Assembly (NCBI GenBank): GCA_048940445.1
Contig: JBHLON010000014.1
Span: 1-64,000, forward strand
Direction: 5' to 3'
DNA: 64,000 nt
Origin: Promethearchaeota archaeon
GTDB lineage: Archaea; Asgardarchaeota; Lokiarchaeia; Sigyniarchaeales; SOKP01
Under the pieces are notes generated by a model, which ran no database searches, had not been told where the DNA came from, and was given only the letters and a program-made list of their open reading frames with translations. Position 1 is the first letter of the stretch. Every line of letters starts with the position of its first letter. A program made the position numbers and the translations under genes. Shown here one piece after another: positions 39,039 to 49,108 of the stretch.

Positions 39039-39911
39039 TTATATATTTTTTAGGTGTTTAGAAATAGTTTTATCTTTTCTCCTGGTATAAAGCTCATCAT
39101 ATTTTCTTCCCAATTCTCCCATCTTTTCAATATCATGCTTTTGGTTTGCGATTATCTCTTCTAATCCATCTTCAAAGAACAAATCTTTTTTATATTTTCT
39201 CGCAGGCGCACCAAGATATATCCAACCTTCTTCTAATTCTTGCCCAACTGTTGTAAGAGAACTAGCAGCTAATACAGCATTCTTATGAATATGGGTTCCT
39301 GGCATAACAACGGAATGGACTCCAATCCTAACATTATCTTCAATTATAGTCTTTCTAATAATCAATAAGTTTCCAATTATAATTGACGATTGAATAATAC
39401 TAGCTTGACCACAGACTACGTTTTTTCCAAATTCTATAAATTCTGTATCACACCATGCTTCAAAAAGGGAATTCGAAAACTTAGTTTTAACTGAAAAAAG
39501 CTTAAAACAGAGATTATCTAAGAAGGGAAGGGGAAATTTATGGGCTACCCAGATTGGCCATCTCTTAATAGTATTTCGAACACTCCAATAGCGATAATCT
39601 CGATCTTTTATCTCTCTCAGAAATGTACCTTCCCGAGGCTTATGCAGAAGATTAGCGCAAATAAGCAAAAATTTAGCAATTAAGAGTGACGAAAAAGCTA
39701 AAGAGACATATATAACAAAAATTAAAAGTGGAAGAAAGATAAGAAAGTGTACAAAATGATAATAATATAAAAAGTTCCAATACCACCAAAATTCAAACTG
39801 AATCACAAAAAAACTAAACCAAATTTCAAAAATGTATAGGATTAAGTATTTTTTCTTAACCAATACAAGACTTGTATGAGGTCCTACCCGAAAATTTGCT
39901 GGTACAGACAT
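39039..39911 (-). CDS. Membrane/LbH module type C, second copy
   Basis: Close paralog of 31128-32078 (MSVP..RVGP, KTKFSNSLFE, GNLLIIRKTIIED). Confidence 0.75.
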   Translation of the reverse strand: MSVPANFRVGPHTSLVLVKKKYLILYIFEIWFSFFVIQFEFWWYWNFLYYYHFVHFLIFLPLLIFVIYVSLAFSSLLIAKFLLICANLLHKPREGTFLREIKDRDYRYWSVRNTIKRWPIWVAHKFPLPFLDNLCFKLFSVKTKFSNSLFEAWCDTEFIEFGKNVVCGQASIIQSSIIIGNLLIIRKTIIEDNVRIGVHSVVMPGTHIHKNAVLAASSLTTVGQELEEGWIYLGAPARKYKKDLFFEDGLEEIIANQKHDIEKMGELGRKYDELYTRRKDKTISKHLKNI

Positions 39912-40804
39912 TATTTTTCCTTATCGTGATTATAATTATTATTTAATAAATCTTTTTTATCAGCATCTATATTCACTTCATGATCGACTTCGTAACGGGT
40001 TTCTTCTTCAACATCCTTTTTAAAGATTATATCACGTCTTTGCTGGGCATACTTGTTTGGTTTAAATTTCATTGCTGGCAAACCAAGATAGATCCAACCA
40101 GGTTCTAAAAATTGGTTATAATTTATGTTAGAAAAAGCACTGCTTACAGATTCTTCTCCTAAAATAGCTCCAGGAGAAACATTAGAAACGCCTCCAACTA
40201 CAATGTAATCCTCAAAAATTACCTTCTTTATAATTAGATACTTACCTACTACCATAGAACTCATAATTACAGCGCCTTGACCAATCGTTATCCTTCTCCC
40301 AAATTTTATAAAATCTGTGTCTACCCATGCATCTTGTAGGTGACTGGAAAAGTCTATGCGGACACCAAACCATCTAAAGCCCCACATCACTATCCAAGGC
40401 AAAGGATTATTAGTCATCAACCATAAGGCTAACTTTTTCAATTCGATCCGCAAACGCCAAAATTCAAAATCAGTATTCCCAGATTCTGCTCTAAATACAC
40501 CCTCTTTCGGTTTATGTATCATATTAACGATTAATAGAACTGCTTTTGAAAAGATTGCTATGCCAAAAATGAAAATAAAATATAATATGAAAAGCCAAAA
40601 TGGTAAAAGCAACATAGTGATGATCCAATTGTTTATGTATCGAGAAATATCAAAAAACACGGTAATTGCCATATAGCCACTGATCCAAAGAATTGGAATG
40701 TATAAGATAAGGAATTTAAGACTAATTCTACTTATTGCGCTACTTGTAATAAAATCGATCGTATAATCTACTTTATCATTTGCTAGTGAGTTAGATTCAT
40801 TCAT
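39911..40804 (-). CDS. Membrane/LbH module type B, stand-alone
   Basis: DF.TSSAISRI..KFL, HKPKEG, MSSMVVGKYLII; start taken at ATG 40804 after GAGGAG rather than the TTG at 40867. Confidence 0.75.
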   Translation of the reverse strand: MNESNSLANDKVDYTIDFITSSAISRISLKFLILYIPILWISGYMAITVFFDISRYINNWIITMLLLPFWLFILYFIFIFGIAIFSKAVLLIVNMIHKPKEGVFRAESGNTDFEFWRLRIELKKLALWLMTNNPLPWIVMWGFRWFGVRIDFSSHLQDAWVDTDFIKFGRRITIGQGAVIMSSMVVGKYLIIKKVIFEDYIVVGGVSNVSPGAILGEESVSSAFSNINYNQFLEPGWIYLGLPAMKFKPNKYAQQRRDIIFKKDVEEETRYEVDHEVNIDADKKDLLNNNYNHDKEK

Positions 40805-40814
40805 ATAGCTAATT

Positions 40815-41696
40815 TTACTCCTCTTTTTTTTCCTCTTTATTACTTTTGAGCGATTCTGCTCTCTCAAAATCCGTTTCAGAGATATCTAAATAATCTATTA
40901 CTTTTTTCTTAAAAATACGACGCAAAGGAGCTCCAAAATAGTAATTATCACCTTTTAAAATATTAAATTTTGTGGCACCACTCATAGGTAACAGCCACGA
41001 ATTATCATTTACCTCAGAACCAGGTCCTATACAATTGAATGCACCCGCAGTTACATTATTACCAATTTTTACTCTGAAAAAAGAAATATTTCCAAAGATA
41101 CCTTCTACGGCATGTGAACTTATCGCACCTCCAACCCCAAAGTAACAATTTTTACCAATAGTTACAAACCTATCAGCGCCTACATTCTCTTCGAGAGTGG
41201 TTCCTTTTCCTATAATATTGGTTCCAATAAAATTATAAAGCCAAGTGATTAGCCAAGGAAAGGGTCCTCTTACTATGGAATTTTTTGGATATTTTATGAC
41301 AAAACTTCGGATGTGATAATAATTTACTGTTTTACTGGGAATGTTTCTAGGGATAATTCCATCCTTTGAAGGAGAATTTTTCTCAGTTATCCTCCAAATG
41401 CCTCGCGTAATTAAAGCCATAAAAAACACATGAACTAAATAACATAATATGATTATCAAGGGCATAAAAATTGAAGCTAAGAGCGGTTCAAATCGGGTAA
41501 AGAGTAAAAAGAAATTTGGTTCTTGCAAGAAATATGGTAAATAAAATAACATGATGTATAACATAAAAATAATTGCTGGAATAAGGAATGACCCAAAATA
41601 AATTATGAAAAATAACGTCATATACCAATGAAATTGTAAATTAATTTCTTCTTTGACAATTCCTTTCGTAGATTCGTTTTGTTCGGTACTTTCCAT
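40815..41696 (-). CDS. Membrane/LbH module type A, stand-alone
   Basis: LQFHWY, GIIPRNI.SKT.NYYH.RSF, EGIFGNI, YFGAPLR. Confidence 0.75.
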   Translation of the reverse strand: MESTEQNESTKGIVKEEINLQFHWYMTLFFIIYFGSFLIPAIIFMLYIMLFYLPYFLQEPNFFLLFTRFEPLLASIFMPLIIILCYLVHVFFMALITRGIWRITEKNSPSKDGIIPRNIPSKTVNYYHIRSFVIKYPKNSIVRGPFPWLITWLYNFIGTNIIGKGTTLEENVGADRFVTIGKNCYFGVGGAISSHAVEGIFGNISFFRVKIGNNVTAGAFNCIGPGSEVNDNSWLLPMSGATKFNILKGDNYYFGAPLRRIFKKKVIDYLDISETDFERAESLKSNKEEKKEE

Positions 41697-42001
41697 CTCT
41701 TAACTCATGTAAATTTTTTTAAAAGTCATCTTAGAAATAAATATATGAATCTTATTATGAGCTCTTTGACTATTTATTACGATTTAATTTAAAAATTTCT
41801 ACACTTTTGCTTTTAGGAATAATATATTAAAAAAAAATAAAAGTCTTGAGATTATAGATTATTAATTTAAAAAGTTAAGTTCGGTTCTAAGAAAATCCTT
41901 ATAAGCAAGAGTCGCTCAAATATTTACATATAAAGAAAACAATGCGGTTTCCATTTTTTTTAATATAATATATAAGATTAAAGATAAAAGAAGAAATAAA
42001 A

Positions 42002-43336
42002 ATGCGTGATTCTAACTTAATGATAGATAAGATTCGAGGAGAACATAAAAAAGGATTGCCGTCCAAAAGAAAAATCTTATCCTATTTACTCGATTTACTT
42101 AATAAAGATAAATATCCATCGCTCTCTGATATTGAATATTACAATATTGTTGGAGAGACTTACAAATTAAATCTCGATTACAAATTAAATCTTCAAATGT
42201 TATTTTATCCAGTGTATCATGCTTTGAAGAAGAAAATAAAGAAACTATATGGCAATGAAAAAAGCCTAGAAATGGAAAAATATCTTATTAAAAACTTTGG
42301 CTTGTTTGGGGCAAAGGATGTCCTTCTTCCTCTTAAGAAGAAAATTTTTAATCCAAGAACACCTATTTATGAAATTTTAAGATCTTTATATGATTTACGG
42401 ACTGAGGAAGAATTTCTGCAACTCGCTGATGTAGAATTTTTTGATATTATTGGAGAAACTTTTAAAACAAATTCTGATCTTTTTATGAACGAGCTTTATC
42501 AACCTTTCAGGAAAAGAATGAAAGAAATTATTGGTGCTGAAAAATTAAAGGAAATGGAAAGATACATTATTGAAAAATTTTGTTTATATGAGCAAGAACA
42601 AATCATTTATGAATGCACAGGAGATATTAAACAAATGCAAGTATTAGTACAGAAACCATCGGGTAAGTACAAAATGGATTCTTTCCCACTTCGTATCTCA
42701 TTAAAAAAAGGAGTCATTTTTTTTACGAATTATAGAATAATTGCTCAAGGTAAGCTTAATGTACGTGGTGGTCAAAGTACGACTTTATGGTTATGGGCTC
42801 CATCGCTGAGTGTTTTTTCAGGGGGATCTACCCGAGCTGAAAGCAAACAAGCACTTATTAATAGTTCGATAGATCAACAATTACCTTGCTATGGATATCA
42901 ATTTCCAATTAAAAACCATACTGGATTAAGTAAGAGTAGTAGAAGAATAGCCTATGTTGTCACGATTGAGAATCATAAATCTATAATTTCTATAACGCCT
43001 TATCCTTTTAATGGAGAAGAAATCTTACATATTTTTGATATTTTACGTAAAGATGTAACGGAAATTTTAACTCTTATTAACGAAGTATATGAAATTGAAG
43101 TATTAGAAAAAAATAAGTTAAGAAGCATATTATCTGTTTTAAAAGCATTACGCATAAATGAAGAATATCAACATCTATCTGATTCAGATTATTTAGATAT
43201 TGTAAAAGAGACTTATAAATTAGAACCCGATTTTTTTATGACTTTAATTTACCCAAAAATGATGTCTTGGGAATTTCCCTCGTTCTTAAGTGTGAGAGAG
43301 CACATAAGTTCACTAATTGAAAATTTAAGAACGTGA
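42002..43336 (+). CDS. Hypothetical protein with three short helical repeats and a possible PH-like domain
   Basis: L.D.E...I.GET.K repeated three times; IFFTNYRII. Confidence 0.6.
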   Translation: MRDSNLMIDKIRGEHKKGLPSKRKILSYLLDLLNKDKYPSLSDIEYYNIVGETYKLNLDYKLNLQMLFYPVYHALKKKIKKLYGNEKSLEMEKYLIKNFGLFGAKDVLLPLKKKIFNPRTPIYEILRSLYDLRTEEEFLQLADVEFFDIIGETFKTNSDLFMNELYQPFRKRMKEIIGAEKLKEMERYIIEKFCLYEQEQIIYECTGDIKQMQVLVQKPSGKYKMDSFPLRISLKKGVIFFTNYRIIAQGKLNVRGGQSTTLWLWAPSLSVFSGGSTRAESKQALINSSIDQQLPCYGYQFPIKNHTGLSKSSRRIAYVVTIENHKSIISITPYPFNGEEILHIFDILRKDVTEILTLINEVYEIEVLEKNKLRSILSVLKALRINEEYQHLSDSDYLDIVKETYKLEPDFFMTLIYPKMMSWEFPSFLSVREHISSLIENLRT

Positions 43337-43476
43337 GCTCCTGTAGAAATTAGTAATAATAAGTAAACTAGTTCCTTTCTTTTATGCTATATATTCTTCA
43401 TTTTCCCGTGTGGATTTTAGGAATAACACATTTTAAAAAAAAAGGTGAAAGAGTATATTTTATTAACTATTTTGAA

Positions 43477-44322
43477 TTAATCTCTAGCTTTTTCTTTTTT
43501 AGGAAACCATGGTATAAATGAACTAGTTCTTTTTTTGTATTCTACATACTCTTCATTTCCAGCGAATCTCTTATTTAGTAATCTCACCCCAGAAACTTTT
43601 ATTATTTGAAAAGTAATGTATAAGGGACCTATAAATGTAATAAATCCAAATGGAACAGCTAATGCGATTACAAAAAAACTCCACCATTGAGTGACTTCTC
43701 CAAAATAATTTGGGTGCTGCGAATACTTCCATACACTTTTAGTCATAATCTTACCCTTATTAGTTGGATTTTGAAGAAATTTATAAAGAGAATAATCCGC
43801 TATAGTTTCAAACAGAAAACCAATTAACCATATTACAGATCCCAACCATAAAGTTATACCTCCAAAATCTATTAAACTAACAACACAAGGATTCTCACTT
43901 ATATTTACAAACCAAACCGGAAAACAGACAAGAAATACAATAATGCCTTGAAATAAATAAATTTTAAAAAAACTCTTTAATGCAATATTTTTTTTCCAAC
44001 GTTCTCGCATCGCCTTATATCGATAATCTTCTGGTTTTCCCCTATTTCTTATAAACACGTAAGTTGCTAATCTAACTGCCCAAATCAATACTAAAAGTGA
44101 GATTATAACTTGACGAATGCAATAAGTTGAGGTAAATACTAAATTTAGTATAAAACTTGTCATTGCTACTACAAAATACGTTGGACCATAAAATATGTCC
44201 ATTATAGCATTATTTTTTTTAATTGTTCCAACAATAAAAGCAATGAAGATATAAATAAAGAGTGTTAAAGCCGAATAACCAATTATTGTTAACATTATTT
44301 CAATGGTGGACATGGGAAACAC
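43477..44322 (-). CDS. DUF1295 / steroid 5-alpha-reductase-like membrane protein
   Basis: W..RL, EDYRY, FETIAD, W.YS.HPNYFGE..WW, Y..RTS.FIPW. Confidence 0.9.
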   Translation of the reverse strand: MFPMSTIEIMLTIIGYSALTLFIYIFIAFIVGTIKKNNAIMDIFYGPTYFVVAMTSFILNLVFTSTYCIRQVIISLLVLIWAVRLATYVFIRNRGKPEDYRYKAMRERWKKNIALKSFFKIYLFQGIIVFLVCFPVWFVNISENPCVVSLIDFGGITLWLGSVIWLIGFLFETIADYSLYKFLQNPTNKGKIMTKSVWKYSQHPNYFGEVTQWWSFFVIALAVPFGFITFIGPLYITFQIIKVSGVRLLNKRFAGNEEYVEYKKRTSSFIPWFPKKEKARD

Positions 44323-44419
44323 AATTAGATTCTAAAATATTGAAAGATGATTACTTGGAAAATACTAAATTATTTATACTTTATATCTATTAAATAAAGA
44401 TTTTAATAAGTTTCGAAGA

Positions 44420-46237
44420 TTAGAGCTTCTCTTTTTTATCTTCTTCAATATTTACCTCATGTTCAACATGAAACTTTACTTCTTTATCCACATCTCTCTT
44501 GACAATGATATCACGCCTAGATTCAGCATATTTATTTGGCTTTAGCTTAATTACTGGTATTCCTATATAAATATATCCTGGTTCTAAAACCTGGTTAAAT
44601 GTTGTAATAGATACGGCAGCAACAACCGTATCTTTTCCAACGATTGTACCAGGAGCAATAGTTGTATGACCTCCTACTAAAGCATAATCATCAAGAATTA
44701 TCCTAGAAATTATCAAATATTTTCCAACAACCATAGAACTCATCAGATTTGCACCTTGACCTATCATTACTTTCCTCCCAAAATAAATAAATTCGCCATC
44801 ACACCATGCATCATACAAGTAACTTGAATAATCCATTTTCACTCCAAACCACTTAAAAGCCAAAACATCAGTCCATGGTATTGGGCAATTTCGCATTAAC
44901 CATAACACAATCTTCTTCAGTTCTGTACGTAATAACCAAAATTCGTAATCTGTATCTCCTATTTGAGCCAAAAAGATTCCTTCTTTAGGGCGATGGATTA
45001 GATTTACGAGTGTAAGAAACAATTTGCTATATAAAAAACACCCTAAAATGAAAATAAAATAGAGTATAAAAAACAGAGCAGGCAAAAAAAATACAAAGAG
45101 AATCAAATTAGTTACAAATGCAGTATACGTATAAAAAAGAATCGCAACTTGTAATCCGCTGATCCAGAAGATAGGTAGATATACTGCCAAAAATTTGATA
45201 TTAATTCTGCTAATTGCGGAACTCGTAGTAAAATCTATCGTTAAATCTATCTCTTCTTTTAGAGAATTATCTATCTTTTCTTTTTTCAATAAACTATTAG
45301 AGTTAATGTCAGTTTTAGTAGATTTTTTATCCTTCTTTTTCTTTTTGGGTTCTTTAGCTACCAAATCTTCTATAGGAATCTTATTCTTTTCCAATTCTTC
45401 TGGTGTTAGATCTAGATATCGCATAACCTTTTTATCAAATATGCGTCTTAGAGGAATTCCGAAGTAATAATTACGGTTTCCTTTTAGAACACTGTGTTTA
45501 GTTGCTGAGGCTAGAGGTAATAGATAGGAATTATCTTTTATTTCCGTTCCAGGACCAATTTGATTGATTCCTGCTGAGGTAACGTTGTTACCGACTTCAA
45601 TTTGAAAGTAAGCGATGTTTCCAAAAATGCCCTCCACTAAATGGGTTGCTAATGTTGAACCAACAGCAAAGTAGCAATTTTCTCCTACAGTTGCGAACTT
45701 ATCATTTCCAACAGATTCTTCAAGTGTGCTTCCCTTACCGATAACCATTGAACCTACAAAATTGAATAACCAATTAGAAAGCCAAGGGACTAATCCCTTA
45801 ACAAATAAATTTTTAGGGTATTTTATGAGAAAAGATCGAAGATGATAGTATTTTTCTGTTTTACTTTTAATATTACGTGGAATAATACCACTTTTGGTAG
45901 GTGACTTTTTTTCAGTATACCTCCATAATGAACGTGTGATTATTGCAACAAAAAGTAGTCTGATAAGATAGCAAATGATTAATACTATTGGCATTGAAAG
46001 GAAGGCGATTAATGGTTTCATTTCTGTAAAAAGACTAATAAAATTCGAAGTCTCTAAAAAGTTTGGTAGAAAATATAGAAAAACATAAAGCATAAAAAGA
46101 GAAATAGGGACTAGAAATGACACTAAATATATTGTTAGCAAAATAATAATTGAAGATAAATATTGAACACTAAGTTCTTCCCTCTGTACAGGTGGTTTTA
46201 AAAGTTTAGATACTTTTAATTCTGGTTTCGATTCCAT
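44420..46237 (-). CDS. Fused type A+B membrane/LbH modules, second copy
   Basis: Paralog of 32095-33969 with a basic linker. Confidence 0.75.
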   Translation of the reverse strand: MESKPELKVSKLLKPPVQREELSVQYLSSIIILLTIYLVSFLVPISLFMLYVFLYFLPNFLETSNFISLFTEMKPLIAFLSMPIVLIICYLIRLLFVAIITRSLWRYTEKKSPTKSGIIPRNIKSKTEKYYHLRSFLIKYPKNLFVKGLVPWLSNWLFNFVGSMVIGKGSTLEESVGNDKFATVGENCYFAVGSTLATHLVEGIFGNIAYFQIEVGNNVTSAGINQIGPGTEIKDNSYLLPLASATKHSVLKGNRNYYFGIPLRRIFDKKVMRYLDLTPEELEKNKIPIEDLVAKEPKKKKKDKKSTKTDINSNSLLKKEKIDNSLKEEIDLTIDFTTSSAISRINIKFLAVYLPIFWISGLQVAILFYTYTAFVTNLILFVFFLPALFFILYFIFILGCFLYSKLFLTLVNLIHRPKEGIFLAQIGDTDYEFWLLRTELKKIVLWLMRNCPIPWTDVLAFKWFGVKMDYSSYLYDAWCDGEFIYFGRKVMIGQGANLMSSMVVGKYLIISRIILDDYALVGGHTTIAPGTIVGKDTVVAAVSITTFNQVLEPGYIYIGIPVIKLKPNKYAESRRDIIVKRDVDKEVKFHVEHEVNIEEDKKEKL

Positions 46238-46655
46238 TTACAAATAAATCCATTTTTGATTATACTTTTAGTAAGAAAGGAAGTAATTAGTACTTTTACA
46301 AAATAAAATTATATTTTAAAAAATCTTAAACCAGTTATAAATCAAAAATCTCTTTTACAATTTCTCTTTATATTACATGCAATTATAAAATAGATAATTA
46401 TGCTCGAGATACACCGACAAAAAAATTAGAAGAGTTTGTTTAGCATAATAGTGAAAAATGAAAGAGAAAAGCATCGTCTACATCATGATTAATTGCAGCA
46501 TCAAATTTTTAAAAATAAAGAAATTTAATCAATCTCTTAATAAAAACTATACAATAATTTTAAATTATTATAAATCATTAAGTTCTAGTTAGGTTAAGGC
46601 AAATAAAATTATAAAATTCTAATAAAAGCCGATAAAATTCAAATTATGATTGTAA

Positions 46656-48917
46656 TTGGGTATATGGAGGAACATAATGTCAGATAATTCTTTTTCGTTA
46701 ATGGATTTACTTCCGAAGTTTGTGATTAATTCCAAAGGTGAAAAGAAAAAATTTGAAGAAGAAAATATCGCTAAAATCCTAAATAAGGAAACTGGTCTAG
46801 ATATGCACATAGCTGAGAAAGTAGCTGAAGATGTGATACGAAAAATCATTGGACTTGGAATTGATGAGATTCGAACTAATTATATTCGAGAATTAGTTTG
46901 CGTAGAACTCACTCAGCGTGGATTGAATAAGTATAGAAATCTATTTGCTCGAGCAATTAATTTAGAAAATATATCCTTTAAACTTGATGATAAATTTATA
47001 AAAAAATTTAGAGGAAAACAGCCAAATTGGGGTCCATTGGGATACATTACGTATAAAAGAACTTATGCTCGAATTATTGAAGATAAAAATCGAAAAGAAG
47101 AATTTTGGGAAACAATTCGAAGAGTTGTTGAAGGGTGCTACTCTATACAGAAGGAACATTGCATGAAACTGAGTTTGCCATGGAGTGATGAAAAAGCTCA
47201 AAGATCAGCTAAGAGAATGTTTGAAAAGATTTGGAATTTCAAGTTCTTACCACCAGGTAGAGGACTTTGGATGATGGGAACTGAATTTGTACAAAAAAAT
47301 GGTTCTATGTCTTTAAATAATTGTGGGTTTGCTTCAACAGAAGATATTAATCGAAAGTATTCCAAGGCGTTTGAATTTGTTATGGACGCTTTGATGCTAG
47401 GAGTTGGAGTTGGATTCGATACGAAAGGAGCAGGAAAAATCATAATCAAAAAACCCCAAGAAAATAATTTTGATTTCCAAATATCAGATAGTAGGGAAGG
47501 ATGGGTTGAAAGTTTAAAATTAACTTTAGAGGCGTACTTCTTAGGAAAAGAAATCCCAAATTATGATTTTTCACTTATTCGTCCTGCAGGAGAACCAATT
47601 CGCGGATTTGGAGGGATAGCATCCGGTCCCGCGCCTTTAAAAGAAATGCTAGAGGATATTAGAAGGGTTTTAGACAAAAGAATTGGAAAACCTATTTCAT
47701 CAGTAGATATTGTCGACATAATGAATTATATAGGGAAATGTGTTGTTGCTGGGAATGTAAGACGTAGTGCGGAAATTGCATTAGGTGATCCTACTGATTT
47801 AGAATTTGTTACCTGCAAACAAGATGAAAAGGCACTATATTCTCATAGATGGGCTAGTAATAATAGTGTTTTTGCTGTAAAAGGAATGGATTATGCTTTT
47901 ATTGCAGATCAAATAGCTGTAAATGGCGAACCTGGAGTTTTTTGGTTGGAAAATGCTAAGAATTATTCGAGAATGTCTGATGCTCCTGATTTTAAAGATA
48001 AACAAGCCGCAGGAGTGAATCCTTGTGGAGAACAGACTCTAGAGTCATTCGAACTTTGTTGTTTAGTTGAAACCTTTCCATCTAATCATGAAATTTATGA
48101 AGAATTCCAAGAAACATTGAAATATGCTTATCTTTATGGAAAATCTGTTACATTAGTAAACACGCACTGGCCTGAAACGAATGCTGTGATGCTTAAAAAT
48201 AGAAGGATGGGAATCTCTCAAACGGGAATAATTGAAGCTTTTGTAAAACATGGAAGAAGAAAAATGATTGAATGGTCTGATCGTGCTTATAAATATTTAC
48301 GAGAATTAGATGATGAATATTCAAATTGGCTTTGCATTCCAAAAAGCCTTAAAATTAGTACTATTAAGCCTAGTGGTACCGTTAGTTTATTGCCTGGAGT
48401 CACACCTGGTATTCATTACCCCCACTCTGAATATTATATCCGCCGAATCCGTTTGTCTAAAAATTCGGATTTAATAGAACAAATTCGCAATGCTGGATAT
48501 CATATTGAAGATGATCTATATTCTCCAAATACAGTTGTCGCGGAATTCCCAATCAAAGAGAAATATTTTGATAGATCAAAGAAAGAAGTTACTTTATGGG
48601 AGCAAGTGGCAAATGCAATAGATTATCAATCTAAATGGTCAGACAATCAAGTTTCTATTACTGTTACTTTTCATCCAGAAGAAAAAGAAGAAATAAAACG
48701 AGTTTTAGAGTTTTGTGAAGATAAATTGAAAAGCGTAAGTTTTTTACCACTTGAAGAACATGGCTATAAACAAGCTCCTTATGAGGAAATTACTAAACAG
48801 CAATATGAAGAAAGGATTTCCAAAACTAGCCCCTTAAATCTTAATGATACAAGAGATAGAGCTATTGGTGAAAAATTTTGTGATTCTGAGACATGTGAAG
48901 TAAGATTTGATTTCTAA
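46656..48917 (+). CDS. nrdJ: Class II (B12-dependent) ribonucleotide reductase with N-terminal ATP cone; likely start ATG 46677
   Basis: RTYAR, PPGRGLW, LNNC, GNVRRSA, NPCGEQ, TIKPSGTVS, C-terminal CDSETC. Confidence 0.9.
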   Translation: MGIWRNIMSDNSFSLMDLLPKFVINSKGEKKKFEEENIAKILNKETGLDMHIAEKVAEDVIRKIIGLGIDEIRTNYIRELVCVELTQRGLNKYRNLFARAINLENISFKLDDKFIKKFRGKQPNWGPLGYITYKRTYARIIEDKNRKEEFWETIRRVVEGCYSIQKEHCMKLSLPWSDEKAQRSAKRMFEKIWNFKFLPPGRGLWMMGTEFVQKNGSMSLNNCGFASTEDINRKYSKAFEFVMDALMLGVGVGFDTKGAGKIIIKKPQENNFDFQISDSREGWVESLKLTLEAYFLGKEIPNYDFSLIRPAGEPIRGFGGIASGPAPLKEMLEDIRRVLDKRIGKPISSVDIVDIMNYIGKCVVAGNVRRSAEIALGDPTDLEFVTCKQDEKALYSHRWASNNSVFAVKGMDYAFIADQIAVNGEPGVFWLENAKNYSRMSDAPDFKDKQAAGVNPCGEQTLESFELCCLVETFPSNHEIYEEFQETLKYAYLYGKSVTLVNTHWPETNAVMLKNRRMGISQTGIIEAFVKHGRRKMIEWSDRAYKYLRELDDEYSNWLCIPKSLKISTIKPSGTVSLLPGVTPGIHYPHSEYYIRRIRLSKNSDLIEQIRNAGYHIEDDLYSPNTVVAEFPIKEKYFDRSKKEVTLWEQVANAIDYQSKWSDNQVSITVTFHPEEKEEIKRVLEFCEDKLKSVSFLPLEEHGYKQAPYEEITKQQYEERISKTSPLNLNDTRDRAIGEKFCDSETCEVRFDF

Positions 48918-49108
48918 CTTAATTCTAAAAACCTTTTCTATTGTTTAGAGTAAATTTAAAAGAAAAGAAAGGAAAATTGATTACTTTTGAGTTTTATTTG
49001 GTAATAGTGATTCTGAAAACAAGGAAATGATAATAGATATAAAGAAAATCATTGTAGGAATAAAAAGAAATTAAAAAAAAGGAATTTTTAGATTATATAA
49101 TTTAAATA

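Noticed and set aside
40805-40867. Programmed frameshift fusing modules A and B
   Set aside because: Module B has its own GAGGAG RBS and ATG at 40804, and the linker is shorter than in the fused copies. An A-run is present but two separate genes is simpler.
44408-44417. AAGTTTCGAA operator half-site
   Set aside because: No matching left half or conserved tail; expected by chance in AT-rich DNA.
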